Source of the DNA: a virus
Lineage: Duplodnaviria > Caudoviricetes
IMG/VR virus record: IMGVR_UViG_3300005989_000004
Coordinates: 4,035-68,034 of that record
Reading direction: 5' to 3' (one strand)
DNA length: 64,000 bases
Shown here one piece after another: positions 46,996 to 55,662 of this stretch (position 1 is the stretch's first letter; the number at the start of each line of letters is the position of its first letter). The translations under genes and the position numbers were made by a program. A model generated the notes under the pieces. It worked only from the letters and a program-made list of their open reading frames with translations. It searched no databases and had not been told where the DNA came from.

Positions 46996-47160
46996 TCACA
47001 CCTCTCCTCTTAACATCAAAATAGATAGAATCTCATCCGTTTCATTTCGGATTGTCATCAACTCTTCTAACAATTCTCTTTCCGTATCACCACGTAATGC
47101 TAATAGTGATTTTAATTCCTGACTTGTTAGAGATTCAAAATTGTTATCAATTGATTTCAT
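46996..47160 (-). CDS. 54-aa hypothetical protein
   Basis: Hand-translated MKSIDNNFESLTSQELKSLL...LRGEV. Confidence 0.5.
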   Translation of the reverse strand: MKSIDNNFESLTSQELKSLLALRGDTERELLEELMTIRNETDEILSILMLRGEV

Positions 47161-47161
47161 A

Positions 47162-47431
47162 TCAATATCCCATCGCTGATGGATTCAGCTCATGCACTTC
47201 ATCCGTAATAATATAATTATCCACCTTATCCTTGCAAGCAATTTCAACAGATTTCACTTTAAAAAATAATCCATGTTTTTCATACATGTGGATATTAGCT
47301 GTCACACGACATTGATCGTTGTTGGATTTGGATGATTGTGATTCCATTAGATTTAGTGATTTACCGACCAAACCTAATCCTACACTAATAATTCCACCAA
47401 CCACTAATACTTTGATAAATGTTGAAGTCAT
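47162..47431 (-). CDS. Membrane-anchored hypothetical protein
   Basis: 89 aa, N-terminal TM, two Cys, AAGGAG RBS. Confidence 0.65.
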   Translation of the reverse strand: MTSTFIKVLVVGGIISVGLGLVGKSLNLMESQSSKSNNDQCRVTANIHMYEKHGLFFKVKSVEIACKDKVDNYIITDEVHELNPSAMGY

Positions 47432-47460
47432 AATATTCTCCTTGGGGTCAATTGGTATGT

Positions 47461-47489
47461 ATTATTGCATGTAATTTTTGGAATTGCAA
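47461..47489 (-). promoter_or_regulatory. sigma70-type promoter for the primase/polymerase operon
   Basis: TTGCAA-N17-AATAAT just after a terminator. Confidence 0.5.
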
Positions 47490-47494
47490 GAAAT

Positions 47495-47519
47495 AAAAAG
47501 CCCCGCTATTGCGGGGCTT
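47495..47519 (-). terminator. Terminator after the NAMPT-like gene
   Basis: AAGCCCCGC-N4-GCGGGGCTT then TTT on - strand. Confidence 0.85.
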
Positions 47520-47525
47520 GATGTT

Positions 47526-49031
47526 TTATAAACTTTCCAATTGATCTCGAACACGTTTACGGATTTCTGCTAAACTTGTTTCTTTAACAAGAACGCCGTT
47601 CTCAAATACAACTTCTAACAAGCCTTGTTGTTCTTGTTCACGGGTTTGTTGGTCATATTGTACAAGTTTACCATCTACACGTTCGATACGTAATAAGCCA
47701 CAAGCAGATTTCTTCTTACTGTCTGTTGCTGGGTCTTTGAATACGTTGACACCTTTGCCACCTTTTTCTACGTAAGTAGTCTTGACACAGCTTGAGTGCG
47801 TATCACGAGTAACATACTGATAAGAATAGCTCCCCACACCAAGAACCACCACCCCAGCGAAACCTTTAGCTTCTAACCGTTCAATAATTTGTTGCTGACG
47901 TTCCAGTGTAATACTGTCTCCGTAAACAGCACCAATGTTATCGTGCAGTAACTTCAATCCTGTAGGAGACAATGAACCACCAAAAATGTCCCACAGACAT
48001 TCAACCAAACCTTTACGTTCGACTTCATTGGTTGAGCTTTCGTCGCCCGTTAGGACTTTAACTGGATCGCCTGAATCTGGACGAATTACCAACTTACCGT
48101 TACGTGCAAGAATCTCATTCTTCAACACAGGTAAGCCTTCTGTTACGAATTTCCAAAAATCAAAGCTGTCTGATACGTGACTGAGAATCCCCGTTGGAAC
48201 CACCGACATTAGATAACGAACATATTCAATTTCAGCATCCAGCTTACTGATACCTTTCTCCTCCACCAAACTAAGAATAAAACTGGTAGTTGTGGAATGT
48301 TCTGTTGCGGCGCAAGAAGCACCAACAAGTTCTGTATCAACATTAGCATTATAATACTTTTCAGCAAAAGATAGAGCTGATATAGTATCTGTTCCAGCAA
48401 AACTACACAAGTGACCAAAACCACTCATTGCAGCAGCTTGACGACCAAACATGCCCCGTGCCGAAAAGTCATGACACATAAACGGCACTAAATCTAAAGA
48501 TAATCCTGCGCGATTAAAGGCACTAACAGTATTCTTTAAATACGCAAAACTCGTAGTAGCGCTAGTTTGAATAGGCCAATTTTCATTAGAAAATACAGTC
48601 TCTAAATAGTTTGGCAACCATTGAAAACCATCAACAGTATTTGTAAAAGTTACCGGAGAAATACCGTAAGGGACTAAACTGCCTTCAGGTAATGCTTTTA
48701 CCAACAAAGGTAAGTAGCCTAAATCGTGCAACTTCTCAAAATGTGAAGCATCGTAGTTGATGCCAATAGCGCTGTCAACATAACGCTTTATGTTAGAAAT
48801 AGCTTTCTCTTTAGGTAAATTAAAGAATGTCTCGTTCCACTCACGAATCAGATAATCTTTGATAAAATACTGTAAACCAACAAACACCACTTCTGCGTTG
48901 TTTGGAACGTTTGACAGTTTACCGTTTCGACTGGTAAAATTACTATATACTTTAGTAATGGCAGGGTGATATGCCATCTTGTGAAAAGTCTTGTAGTAGT
49001 CTGTGTGAACTGTCGCATTAAATACTGTCAT
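47526..49031 (-). CDS. nadV: Nicotinamide phosphoribosyltransferase-like protein (candidate Namat)
   Basis: TDYYKTFH, HDFSARG, ATEHS, VSDSFD, IRPDSGDP, YGDSIT, GVGSYSYQ...RDT, KDPATD..KKS motifs. Confidence 0.92.
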   Translation of the reverse strand: MTVFNATVHTDYYKTFHKMAYHPAITKVYSNFTSRNGKLSNVPNNAEVVFVGLQYFIKDYLIREWNETFFNLPKEKAISNIKRYVDSAIGINYDASHFEKLHDLGYLPLLVKALPEGSLVPYGISPVTFTNTVDGFQWLPNYLETVFSNENWPIQTSATTSFAYLKNTVSAFNRAGLSLDLVPFMCHDFSARGMFGRQAAAMSGFGHLCSFAGTDTISALSFAEKYYNANVDTELVGASCAATEHSTTTSFILSLVEEKGISKLDAEIEYVRYLMSVVPTGILSHVSDSFDFWKFVTEGLPVLKNEILARNGKLVIRPDSGDPVKVLTGDESSTNEVERKGLVECLWDIFGGSLSPTGLKLLHDNIGAVYGDSITLERQQQIIERLEAKGFAGVVVLGVGSYSYQYVTRDTHSSCVKTTYVEKGGKGVNVFKDPATDSKKKSACGLLRIERVDGKLVQYDQQTREQEQQGLLEVVFENGVLVKETSLAEIRKRVRDQLESL

Positions 49032-49034
49032 AAT

Positions 49035-49904
49035 TTACTCTCCTAAATTAAAATTACTATTAAATTTATAAACTTCATCTTTTGTCACATAACCAGCTAC
49101 TGTGTGGTAACAGAACAAATTATCAATCTTTCCGTGTAGAATGTCAAGACCTTTTGATGCAATTAAATGTGTTACGTATAAATCAATTTGTGCTGGAACT
49201 TGTTTCTGAAGTTCTGTAGCTAACTGAATGTATGTCCCGCCAGCATCAAGGAGGTCATCAACAATCAACAATTTCTTACCGGACACATCACCATTCACCA
49301 CAGGATTGCTCAACTTACCTGTGGTTGGATCACGTTCTTTAGTGCAAGTGATTAGCGGTAATCCATAATAATCTGCAATAACCTGTGCCTTACCCACAGC
49401 GCCTTTATCTGGCGCAATAATAGCATCGTACTGTTTAATGTCAACTCTGAAATTATTCAAAGCCACACCAAGCGCCTCTAGTTGTGAGATGATTTCAACT
49501 CGTGAAAATGGTGAAAAACACATCTTTGCTTGAGTATTTAACTTTACAGGATTGTGAGGATCTACAACAATAATTTTGTCAAAATTAAATTCTGATAATC
49601 TGGTTATAAACTGATGTAGGCCATAATTACCATTTTCTGAAAATTTCCTATCTGCTCTAGCGTAAGGAAGATACGGTAAATACAAACTTGAGTCAGCATA
49701 ATAATACAACTCATAACGATTTAACGCATTATCCAACTGATACAACTCATCCAAAATTGTATTCACCTTTGTAGATGGATCAACACTAAACACAATACGA
49801 TGTGCTGTTTCAGGAAGATTTTTCAAATCAAATCCAAAAGCACCATCACTGAATACGATACGTCCTGTATCTATTTCTTTATTGTCAATAAATAAACGAA
49901 TCAT
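49035..49904 (-). CDS. prs: Ribose-phosphate pyrophosphokinase-like protein (candidate Adps)
   Basis: FSDG, LPYLPYARADR, VDPH, APDKGA, KERD, IVDDLLDAGGT, YVTH motifs. Confidence 0.9.
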   Translation of the reverse strand: MIRLFIDNKEIDTGRIVFSDGAFGFDLKNLPETAHRIVFSVDPSTKVNTILDELYQLDNALNRYELYYYADSSLYLPYLPYARADRKFSENGNYGLHQFITRLSEFNFDKIIVVDPHNPVKLNTQAKMCFSPFSRVEIISQLEALGVALNNFRVDIKQYDAIIAPDKGAVGKAQVIADYYGLPLITCTKERDPTTGKLSNPVVNGDVSGKKLLIVDDLLDAGGTYIQLATELQKQVPAQIDLYVTHLIASKGLDILHGKIDNLFCYHTVAGYVTKDEVYKFNSNFNLGE

Positions 49905-49931
49905 TGTTTCTCTCCTAATTATTAGATTTAT

Positions 49932-50438
49932 CTACCAAGCAAAATTATTCACATCCAAATACACTTGGGAATGTCTACGCAAAACAGCATCACTGTGAGG
50001 ATTAGCTGGTAGAATATCTTTATGTGTAGCTCGGATAAAACCCCTCCATTGGAAATCTTCGGAACGCGTTCCACGATGTTCATCAGCTTGTGTAAAACGT
50101 TTCCATGTTTTAGGTTCAATCTTAGTGATTACACCATCTTTACGAAACTCTGTCAATGGTTCACCACTCACCCACAGATACATAGGTAGATCTGTTCTCA
50201 CCAATCCCCAATCTTGCACGTTATTGACACGAGGAACATTATCATAGTGCCAATTTGGAATGCAAGGCCATTGAGCAGGCATTAACATGTGAACTTTTAC
50301 ATCCCAAGTGAAATCTTCAACATTGTCAGGAAAGCTAACAGCCACCATTTCAGCTACGTCAGGCATCAATTCACATAAATCTTTATATGTTGCACGATGA
50401 ACACCATTATGTTGTTTTGTCCAATCTACATTAATCAT
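49932..50438 (-). CDS. Putative 2OG-Fe(II) oxygenase-like protein
   Basis: PNWHYDNVPR (HxD), later H (EHRG) and R (FIRAT); start at ATG 50438 after AGGAGA. Confidence 0.45.
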   Translation of the reverse strand: MINVDWTKQHNGVHRATYKDLCELMPDVAEMVAVSFPDNVEDFTWDVKVHMLMPAQWPCIPNWHYDNVPRVNNVQDWGLVRTDLPMYLWVSGEPLTEFRKDGVITKIEPKTWKRFTQADEHRGTRSEDFQWRGFIRATHKDILPANPHSDAVLRRHSQVYLDVNNFAW

Positions 50439-50470
50439 AAAATCTCTCCTAATCAAACATCAATTATAAT

Positions 50471-50560
50471 CGCCCTAGAAAGCTCTACAAGCGATTATTT
50501 GCAATAGTCTATCCAAACGTATTAGCTAACAATACAATCGCTTTAAACGTTTCCTAGCTG
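50471..50560 (-). repeat. Dispersed intergenic element copy 1 (GCGATT-N39-AATCGC with internal TAATACGT)
   Basis: On - strand TAATAC starts 50524 and AATCGC starts 50496; arms GCGATT 50491-50496 and AATCGC 50536-50541. Confidence 0.7.
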
Positions 50561-51001
50561 CTTATTAATTTCAGCTAATTCTAGTTCAAGTGCTGATTTC
50601 TTGTCAAGCAATTTTTGCATTTCTTCCTGTTTAGCTTTTGTTTTATATGATTCGTAGGAATTGATTACGAAATCTACACAATTCTCAATGTTACATGTTT
50701 CATCTAATTCGTTACTAAGAAATCCACCAAACGTAGCGATCTGGGTATTATCTTCGAGCCACTTTAATTTATCAAACCAATCCTTAACTAAATAAGATTG
50801 TACAGCGTTGTAAATTTCTGGGGCTTCTGAAACAAAACTCCCTAAAACATCAGCGAAAGACATAATATGGTCAGCACTAATTTCACTCTGTACAGTGAAA
50901 TGACTTCTAAACTCAGAATTATTAAAATCATAACTCTTACCTTTGATGAAAGCCACTTCACCGCCATCCATTTTAAAATCTTTAATACATAGTAATTTCA
51001 T
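50543..51001 (-). CDS. Hypothetical protein with C-terminal coiled coil
   Basis: ATG 51001 after GAGGAG. Confidence 0.65.
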   Translation of the reverse strand: MKLLCIKDFKMDGGEVAFIKGKSYDFNNSEFRSHFTVQSEISADHIMSFADVLGSFVSEAPEIYNAVQSYLVKDWFDKLKWLEDNTQIATFGGFLSNELDETCNIENCVDFVINSYESYKTKAKQEEMQKLLDKKSALELELAEINKQLGNV

Positions 51002-51072
51002 AACAGTTCTCCTCACGTTTAAGATGTGCAAATTGTAGATGAAATAAAGCCGTCAGTCAAGACGGCTTTGAG

Positions 51073-51522
51073 TTATTTTTCAGATTTTTCATTTGCGTTA
51101 GGGATGACAACGCCTTGCTGTTTCAATTGGTTTAGTAATATTTCCACCTCACCGTTATCTACAGCCCAATCAGCTAACTGGTTTAGGACAGCTTTTCCCG
51201 CTAACGTAGACGCTTGTTGAACAAAATCAGAACTATATGTTTGTTCAATAATATAAGCACCTGCCATATATTGCATAGTTTTCTCATTAGGGATCACCCA
51301 GCATATAAATACAGAAAATATGATTGTCTTAGGCCATAAAGCGTATTTATACACTTTTCGTTTAAGTACAACAATTTCCTCTTTACTGAGATCTTTTAAA
51401 TGCACTCCGACAACCACCACAGCAACCAGTGCGATAATTATTAAAGCAACAATAAGACCATTCAAGAAATTATCAGCAGAAACTAACAAATTAACAAAAT
51501 ACACGACCAATAATAAGTTCAT
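51073..51522 (-). CDS. Multi-pass membrane protein
   Basis: Three hydrophobic segments; ATG 51522 after AAGGAG. Confidence 0.7.
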   Translation of the reverse strand: MNLLLVVYFVNLLVSADNFLNGLIVALIIIALVAVVVVGVHLKDLSKEEIVVLKRKVYKYALWPKTIIFSVFICWVIPNEKTMQYMAGAYIIEQTYSSDFVQQASTLAGKAVLNQLADWAVDNGEVEILLNQLKQQGVVIPNANEKSEK

Positions 51523-51533
51523 AATTATTCTCC

Positions 51534-51974
51534 TTAATCTTCCCAAATAGTGAGTGTAGCAGGCGATAAACACTTATAATTCATCACCAAATCATCCGGT
51601 ACGAATGAGATAAAATATTCATACCGCAACGCTGTAACCACTGACGAATAATCAAATCTGCGTTTACCTGTTTCTAATACAAACTTGACCATATAATAAT
51701 CATCGTGATTGACGTATTTACCCCATTCATCATCACTCATATTTACTCGATCATAACCAAGACCATCAATTATTGGTCTGATTGTGAATAATAATCCAGA
51801 ATAATCACAACTATGATAAGATCCGTCAGCTTCCACGACAAGATATTTAGCTTCACTTTTAAGGTTGATATTAATCACTCCCTCGTTAGTGACTCCCATA
51901 GAAACATCAAAAATAACATCGTCAATGGTGAGTGATGGATTGTTTGCCGTAAATCTATCTAAATGTAATTTCAT
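51534..51974 (-). CDS. Hypothetical protein
   Basis: 146 aa, GGGAG RBS. Confidence 0.65.
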   Translation of the reverse strand: MKLHLDRFTANNPSLTIDDVIFDVSMGVTNEGVININLKSEAKYLVVEADGSYHSCDYSGLLFTIRPIIDGLGYDRVNMSDDEWGKYVNHDDYYMVKFVLETGKRRFDYSSVVTALRYEYFISFVPDDLVMNYKCLSPATLTIWED

Positions 51975-52003
51975 AACTATTCTCCCAATTAAATTTAAAC
52001 ACT

Positions 52004-52080
52004 CTATAACGCATTATAGCACACGCTAACACTAAGTAATACGTCAGCCTACCCTAACACATTTAATCCTCAGCAAAGCT
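52004..52080 (+). repeat. Dispersed intergenic element copy 2
   Basis: TAATACGT at 52037 and AATC at 52065 (same 28-nt offset), followed by N9-GCT. Confidence 0.6.
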
Positions 52081-52098
52081 CACACAGAGACTTCTAAG

Positions 52099-52350
52099 CT
52101 ATGCTAAAATATCTTCAATTGCAATCTGTTTATCCACTAAATCGAAATCAAAATCTTCAAACTTAGCAACCAAATGAACATCATAAGGTAGGTAGCGTTT
52201 AAACACTTGTGTATCCACCTCGTCCTCAGCACTGTAGAGATAACCATTAGGTTGTAGATATAAGTATTTAGCATTTTTAGGCACCATAATGGTAAATCCA
52301 TAGAAATCTACTTGGTTGTATTCGATCACTGTGTTAAAAACTAAGTTCAT
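52099..52350 (-). CDS. Hypothetical protein
   Basis: 83 aa, GAGGA RBS, own promoter. Confidence 0.65.
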   Translation of the reverse strand: MNLVFNTVIEYNQVDFYGFTIMVPKNAKYLYLQPNGYLYSAEDEVDTQVFKRYLPYDVHLVAKFEDFDFDLVDKQIAIEDILA

Positions 52351-52381
52351 GTTATCGTCCTCGTTTGTTGAATTGATGCTA

Positions 52382-52409
52382 ATTATACATGAGGGAGTGG
52401 TGTTGTCAA
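52382..52409 (-). promoter_or_regulatory. sigma70-type promoter
   Basis: TTGACA-N16-TATAAT, TG just upstream of -10. Confidence 0.7.
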
Positions 52410-52422
52410 CAGGAAATTTTGG

Positions 52423-53718
52423 TTATTTTCTCCTAACCACACAATTATTTCCACCAACAACTACATCATAGGCTTTATACATATTAGATTCAGCAATATC
52501 AGCATAATCTTCCTGCACAACTACGGAATCATGTATAGGGATTAGTATTCTATCATCTTCCACAGCCCTTTCCAGCATGTAATCCATTAAACTACTCTCA
52601 ACGTTCATCAAAAACGTAGCTTTCTTGCTGAAGAAATAATCTACTAAATAGGCATTTCTCTCCATTAACATATCTAACATTTTTCTAATTATTGGGAACT
52701 CTTGCCATTCACCCCTAGACTTAGCTGAATCTATTTTTTCTTGTACTCCTGAAGATTTCAATTCTGATAGCGTAGCATAATAAGCCGATTCAAAACTATC
52801 AGAGTTTATTAAGCACATCAGCCCCACTTTACATAATTCCCTCATTATGTTTTTACAATAACCTTCAATCTCAACCCCATAAACATCAAAATCACTGTCT
52901 AGTTCTTGCCCAAGTAAGTCTGCTGCCATTCTAGGCCAAAGTTGAGCGTAATCTAATTCTATCGTTGGTGATCCGTCAATAACTATTTGTCTACGATTGT
53001 CTTTCTTAATTAAGTCGCTAACGTTTGCCCCAGTCATAAAGATTCTACCTCCTTCTTTGAGGGATGAGTTGTTGTATATCTTACGCACAGAAATGTAAAA
53101 TCTTTCGTCTTGAACATTAATTTCACCTTTATCGAGAGATACATTAAAAGCGTTTAAAACTTTGATTAAATTCTTTTCTCTTTCTGTCAGTCTGATACCC
53201 ACTGGTCTACCACTACTGTCTCTAACTTCTAAAACACTGTCTTTTATTGAACTAGATTCTGTTACTTGTGCAACTTGATAAAGCATACTCTCACAAAGGT
53301 ATAGCTTACTAGTTTCAAAGTTTTTAGGAGCCATCACAAGCCTACCTTTAGTGTTGTCATATTCCAACTCAAAATCTGTAGCCCCACCTACTTCTATTCT
53401 GGAATTAGTAAAGTTTTCCAAATATGATAGCACGATTTTCATATTTGTGTAACTAATCTTTCTACCTGTGTTATTCCCGTTGTATATGGCTGGATTGGAA
53501 TAACTAGTCTGATTCAAGGTTAGAGTTATGTATGGTCTACCTCTGTTAATAATGTAGCTTGTGTTCAGGATTATGCAATAACAACACCTCTTTATGTCAG
53601 TCATTCTCTTAGCTGTGATTTTAACTTCAGTAAACTGTCTCAGATACTTGATAACATCTTCGTAAAGTTTATCTCCTATGGGAGTTAATTTCTTATTTAT
53701 CTTGTAATCTAATAGCAT
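52423..53718 (-). CDS. Stand-alone Pol A / single-subunit RNAP-like palm-domain protein
   Basis: 431 aa; GGRIF, IELDYAQLWPR (motif A-like), RELCK (motif B RxxxK), VESSLM, IPIHDSVVV (motif C-like); no exonuclease domains. Confidence 0.6.
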   Translation of the reverse strand: MLLDYKINKKLTPIGDKLYEDVIKYLRQFTEVKITAKRMTDIKRCCYCIILNTSYIINRGRPYITLTLNQTSYSNPAIYNGNNTGRKISYTNMKIVLSYLENFTNSRIEVGGATDFELEYDNTKGRLVMAPKNFETSKLYLCESMLYQVAQVTESSSIKDSVLEVRDSSGRPVGIRLTEREKNLIKVLNAFNVSLDKGEINVQDERFYISVRKIYNNSSLKEGGRIFMTGANVSDLIKKDNRRQIVIDGSPTIELDYAQLWPRMAADLLGQELDSDFDVYGVEIEGYCKNIMRELCKVGLMCLINSDSFESAYYATLSELKSSGVQEKIDSAKSRGEWQEFPIIRKMLDMLMERNAYLVDYFFSKKATFLMNVESSLMDYMLERAVEDDRILIPIHDSVVVQEDYADIAESNMYKAYDVVVGGNNCVVRRK

Positions 53719-53891
53719 TTATGGTCATTCCTATCTTGTAAATTTAAAGGCAAAAGCTTGGGTTGCTCCCAATAAGAGAAATAATTGAGCAAACCCTTGC
53801 GGCACTAAGGCTGGACACTATGTTTGCTTCTGATTTTCAGTGCAAAACACCATCAGTAGAAGTCAGTTGATGACTCTAAAATTAATGAACT

Positions 53892-53919
53892 AATATACTC
53901 CAATCCACAATTTTGTCAA
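53892..53919 (-). promoter_or_regulatory. sigma70-type promoter for the palm-domain gene
   Basis: TTGACA-N16-TATATT; back-to-back with the + strand promoter. Confidence 0.65.
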
Positions 53920-53944
53920 CAACTAAAATCTACAAAATTCCCTA

Positions 53945-53973
53945 TTGACAACCTATCCACCTGAGTTTAGAAT
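53945..53973 (+). promoter_or_regulatory. Divergent sigma70-type promoter
   Basis: TTGACA-N17-TAGAAT. Confidence 0.75.
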
Positions 53974-54004
53974 AGCTCTCATAGAAAACAACGGAGATAC
54001 ACAG

Positions 54005-54223
54005 ATGCGTCGCAGACAATTACCAAACTTAGCTATTGCAAATGGTTGGACAGTGTTAGAGTTCCAAGGTAAGTATGAATTTCACAAGAAAGACGTAATC
54101 ATTGTGATGTATGAGAATGGTAATCTGGTGAGAGGTGATGTTGATTTGTCTCTATGCACTTCGGTGTCTGTAAAAGATGTTGTGTCTATGATGACAAGTG
54201 AGTGGTGGAGAGATGAATTTTAA
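54005..54223 (+). CDS. Hypothetical protein (start moved to ATG 54005)
   Basis: GGAG RBS before MRRRQLPN; the track's TTG start is the -35 box. Confidence 0.65.
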   Translation: MRRRQLPNLAIANGWTVLEFQGKYEFHKKDVIIVMYENGNLVRGDVDLSLCTSVSVKDVVSMMTSEWWRDEF

Positions 54224-54231
54224 AATAGTTA

Positions 54232-54259
54232 TTGACTCTACAAATCAATGATGTAAAAT
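54232..54259 (+). promoter_or_regulatory. sigma70-type promoter
   Basis: TTGACT-N16-TAAAAT. Confidence 0.55.
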
Positions 54260-54323
54260 GTTCCGTGCCAGCAGTAAATGACAACAAAATGTTTAAGTAA
54301 ATTAATGTTTAGGAGAGCGAGCA

Positions 54324-55400
54324 ATGTCAGCAAAAAATAAAAGTTTAGTAACATACAAAATGTTTGATGAAAATTTCAAATGTCGTGACTTCCAATATAA
54401 AATTGGCACTACGTATAAAACAGATAAGGTGAAAGTTTGTGAAGTAGGTTTTCATGCTTGTGAATTCCCTTTGGATTGTTTTAAGTATTACTCACCTAGC
54501 ACTTCTAGGTTTGCTGAAGTTGTTCAGTCTGGTAAAATCTCAAAACATGGTGACGATTCTAAGGTAGCGTCTGCCGAAATTTATATCAAAGTTGAAATGA
54601 GTTTACCTCAGTTCATTGGTAAAGCCGTAGACTATATTTTAGCTAAAATTGATTGGAACAATGCAGCGGCTACTAACACAGGTCGCTGCTCAGCAGCTAC
54701 TAACACAGGCGACTACTCAGCAGCTACTAACACAGGTCACTGCTCAGCAGCTACTAACACAGGCGACTACTCAGCAGCTACTAACACAGGCAACTACTCA
54801 GCAGCTACTAACATAGGTCGTCGCTCAGCGGCTACTAACACAGGCAACTACTCAGCGGCTACTAACACAGGTCGCTACTCAGCAGCTACTAACACAGGCG
54901 ACCGAACAGCAGCTACTAACACAGGTCACTGCTCAGCAGCTACTAACACAGGTGACTACTCAGCGGCTACTAACACAGGTCGCCACTCAGCGGCTACTAA
55001 TACAGGCCACCGCTCAGTAGCTACTAACACAGGTAACTACTCAGCAGCTACTAACACAGGTGACTACTCAGCGGCTACTAATACAGGCCACCGCTCAGTA
55101 GCTACTAACACAGGTCACTGCTCAGCAGCTACTAATACAGGCCACCGCTCAGTAGCTACTAACACAGGTCACTGCTCAGCAGCTACTGTCAGCGGGTCAC
55201 ATTCGGTAGCTATCTCATCAGGAACTCAAGGAATAGCTAAAGCCTCCGTTGGTAGCGCTATTGTATTAGTATATCGAAATAAGAATTCAGGTGAAATTCT
55301 CCACATTAAAGCGGGTATTGCTGGTAAAGATGTAGAACCTGATGTATTTTATACTTTAGATTTAAATGGTAATTTTGTAAAAACAGAGGAGAGTAAGTAA
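54324..55400 (+). CDS. Phage repeat protein (DUF7666-like N-terminus plus 9-aa AATNTGxxS solenoid)
   Basis: YKMFDENFKCRDFQYKIG...GFHACEFPLDCFKYY N-terminus; 19 repeats; C-terminal GIAGKDVEPDVFYTL. Confidence 0.75.
   Translation: MSAKNKSLVTYKMFDENFKCRDFQYKIGTTYKTDKVKVCEVGFHACEFPLDCFKYYSPSTSRFAEVVQSGKISKHGDDSKVASAEIYIKVEMSLPQFIGKAVDYILAKIDWNNAAATNTGRCSAATNTGDYSAATNTGHCSAATNTGDYSAATNTGNYSAATNIGRRSAATNTGNYSAATNTGRYSAATNTGDRTAATNTGHCSAATNTGDYSAATNTGRHSAATNTGHRSVATNTGNYSAATNTGDYSAATNTGHRSVATNTGHCSAATNTGHRSVATNTGHCSAATVSGSHSVAISSGTQGIAKASVGSAIVLVYRNKNSGEILHIKAGIAGKDVEPDVFYTLDLNGNFVKTEESK
54666..55178 (+). repeat. 19 x 27-bp coding tandem repeat
   Basis: Unit GCAGCTACTAACACAGG(T/C)-6 variable nt-TCA counted through the protein. 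Confidence 0.95.
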
Positions 55401-55615
55401 TGTCACAACAAGTAAAAGCGGGTCGTATTCGTATGTTCAAATATGACGAAAATGGTAAAACAACATTTAAGTTACATTTAGACTTAGAAGATGGGCGTAA
55501 AATTGAGGGTAAGATTTTCCCTAATGTCGGTGCTAATGACCAAATCTATTATGGAGGTAATGTCTACTTTGTAGATGTTGGTCTGACAAGTCAAAACAAG
55601 CCAGATACATTTTAA
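55400..55615 (+). CDS. Hypothetical protein
   Basis: 71 aa, GAGGAG RBS, TAATG coupling. Confidence 0.7.
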   Translation: MSQQVKAGRIRMFKYDENGKTTFKLHLDLEDGRKIEGKIFPNVGANDQIYYGGNVYFVDVGLTSQNKPDTF

Positions 55616-55619
55616 CAAA

Positions 55620-55637
55620 TAGCCCCGAAAGGGGCTA
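55620..55637 (+). terminator. GC-rich hairpin TAGCCCC-GAAA-GGGGCTA
   Basis: Perfect 7-bp stem with GNRA loop but no U-tract. Confidence 0.5.
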
Positions 55638-55662
55638 CATCTCTAATTGGGAGACAACATTT

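Noticed and set aside
26392-51550. + strand ORFs inside the - strand replication block (e.g. 26392-26634, 31925-32236, 36843-37166, 45472-45792)
   Set aside because: Antisense shadows of nrdB, the endonuclease genes, primase and others; no independent signals
54666-55178. 27-bp repeats as a CRISPR array or DGR template/variable repeat
   Set aside because: The units are contiguous and in-frame within an ORF, with only 6 variable nt and no unique spacers; no cas or reverse transcriptase gene is in the window
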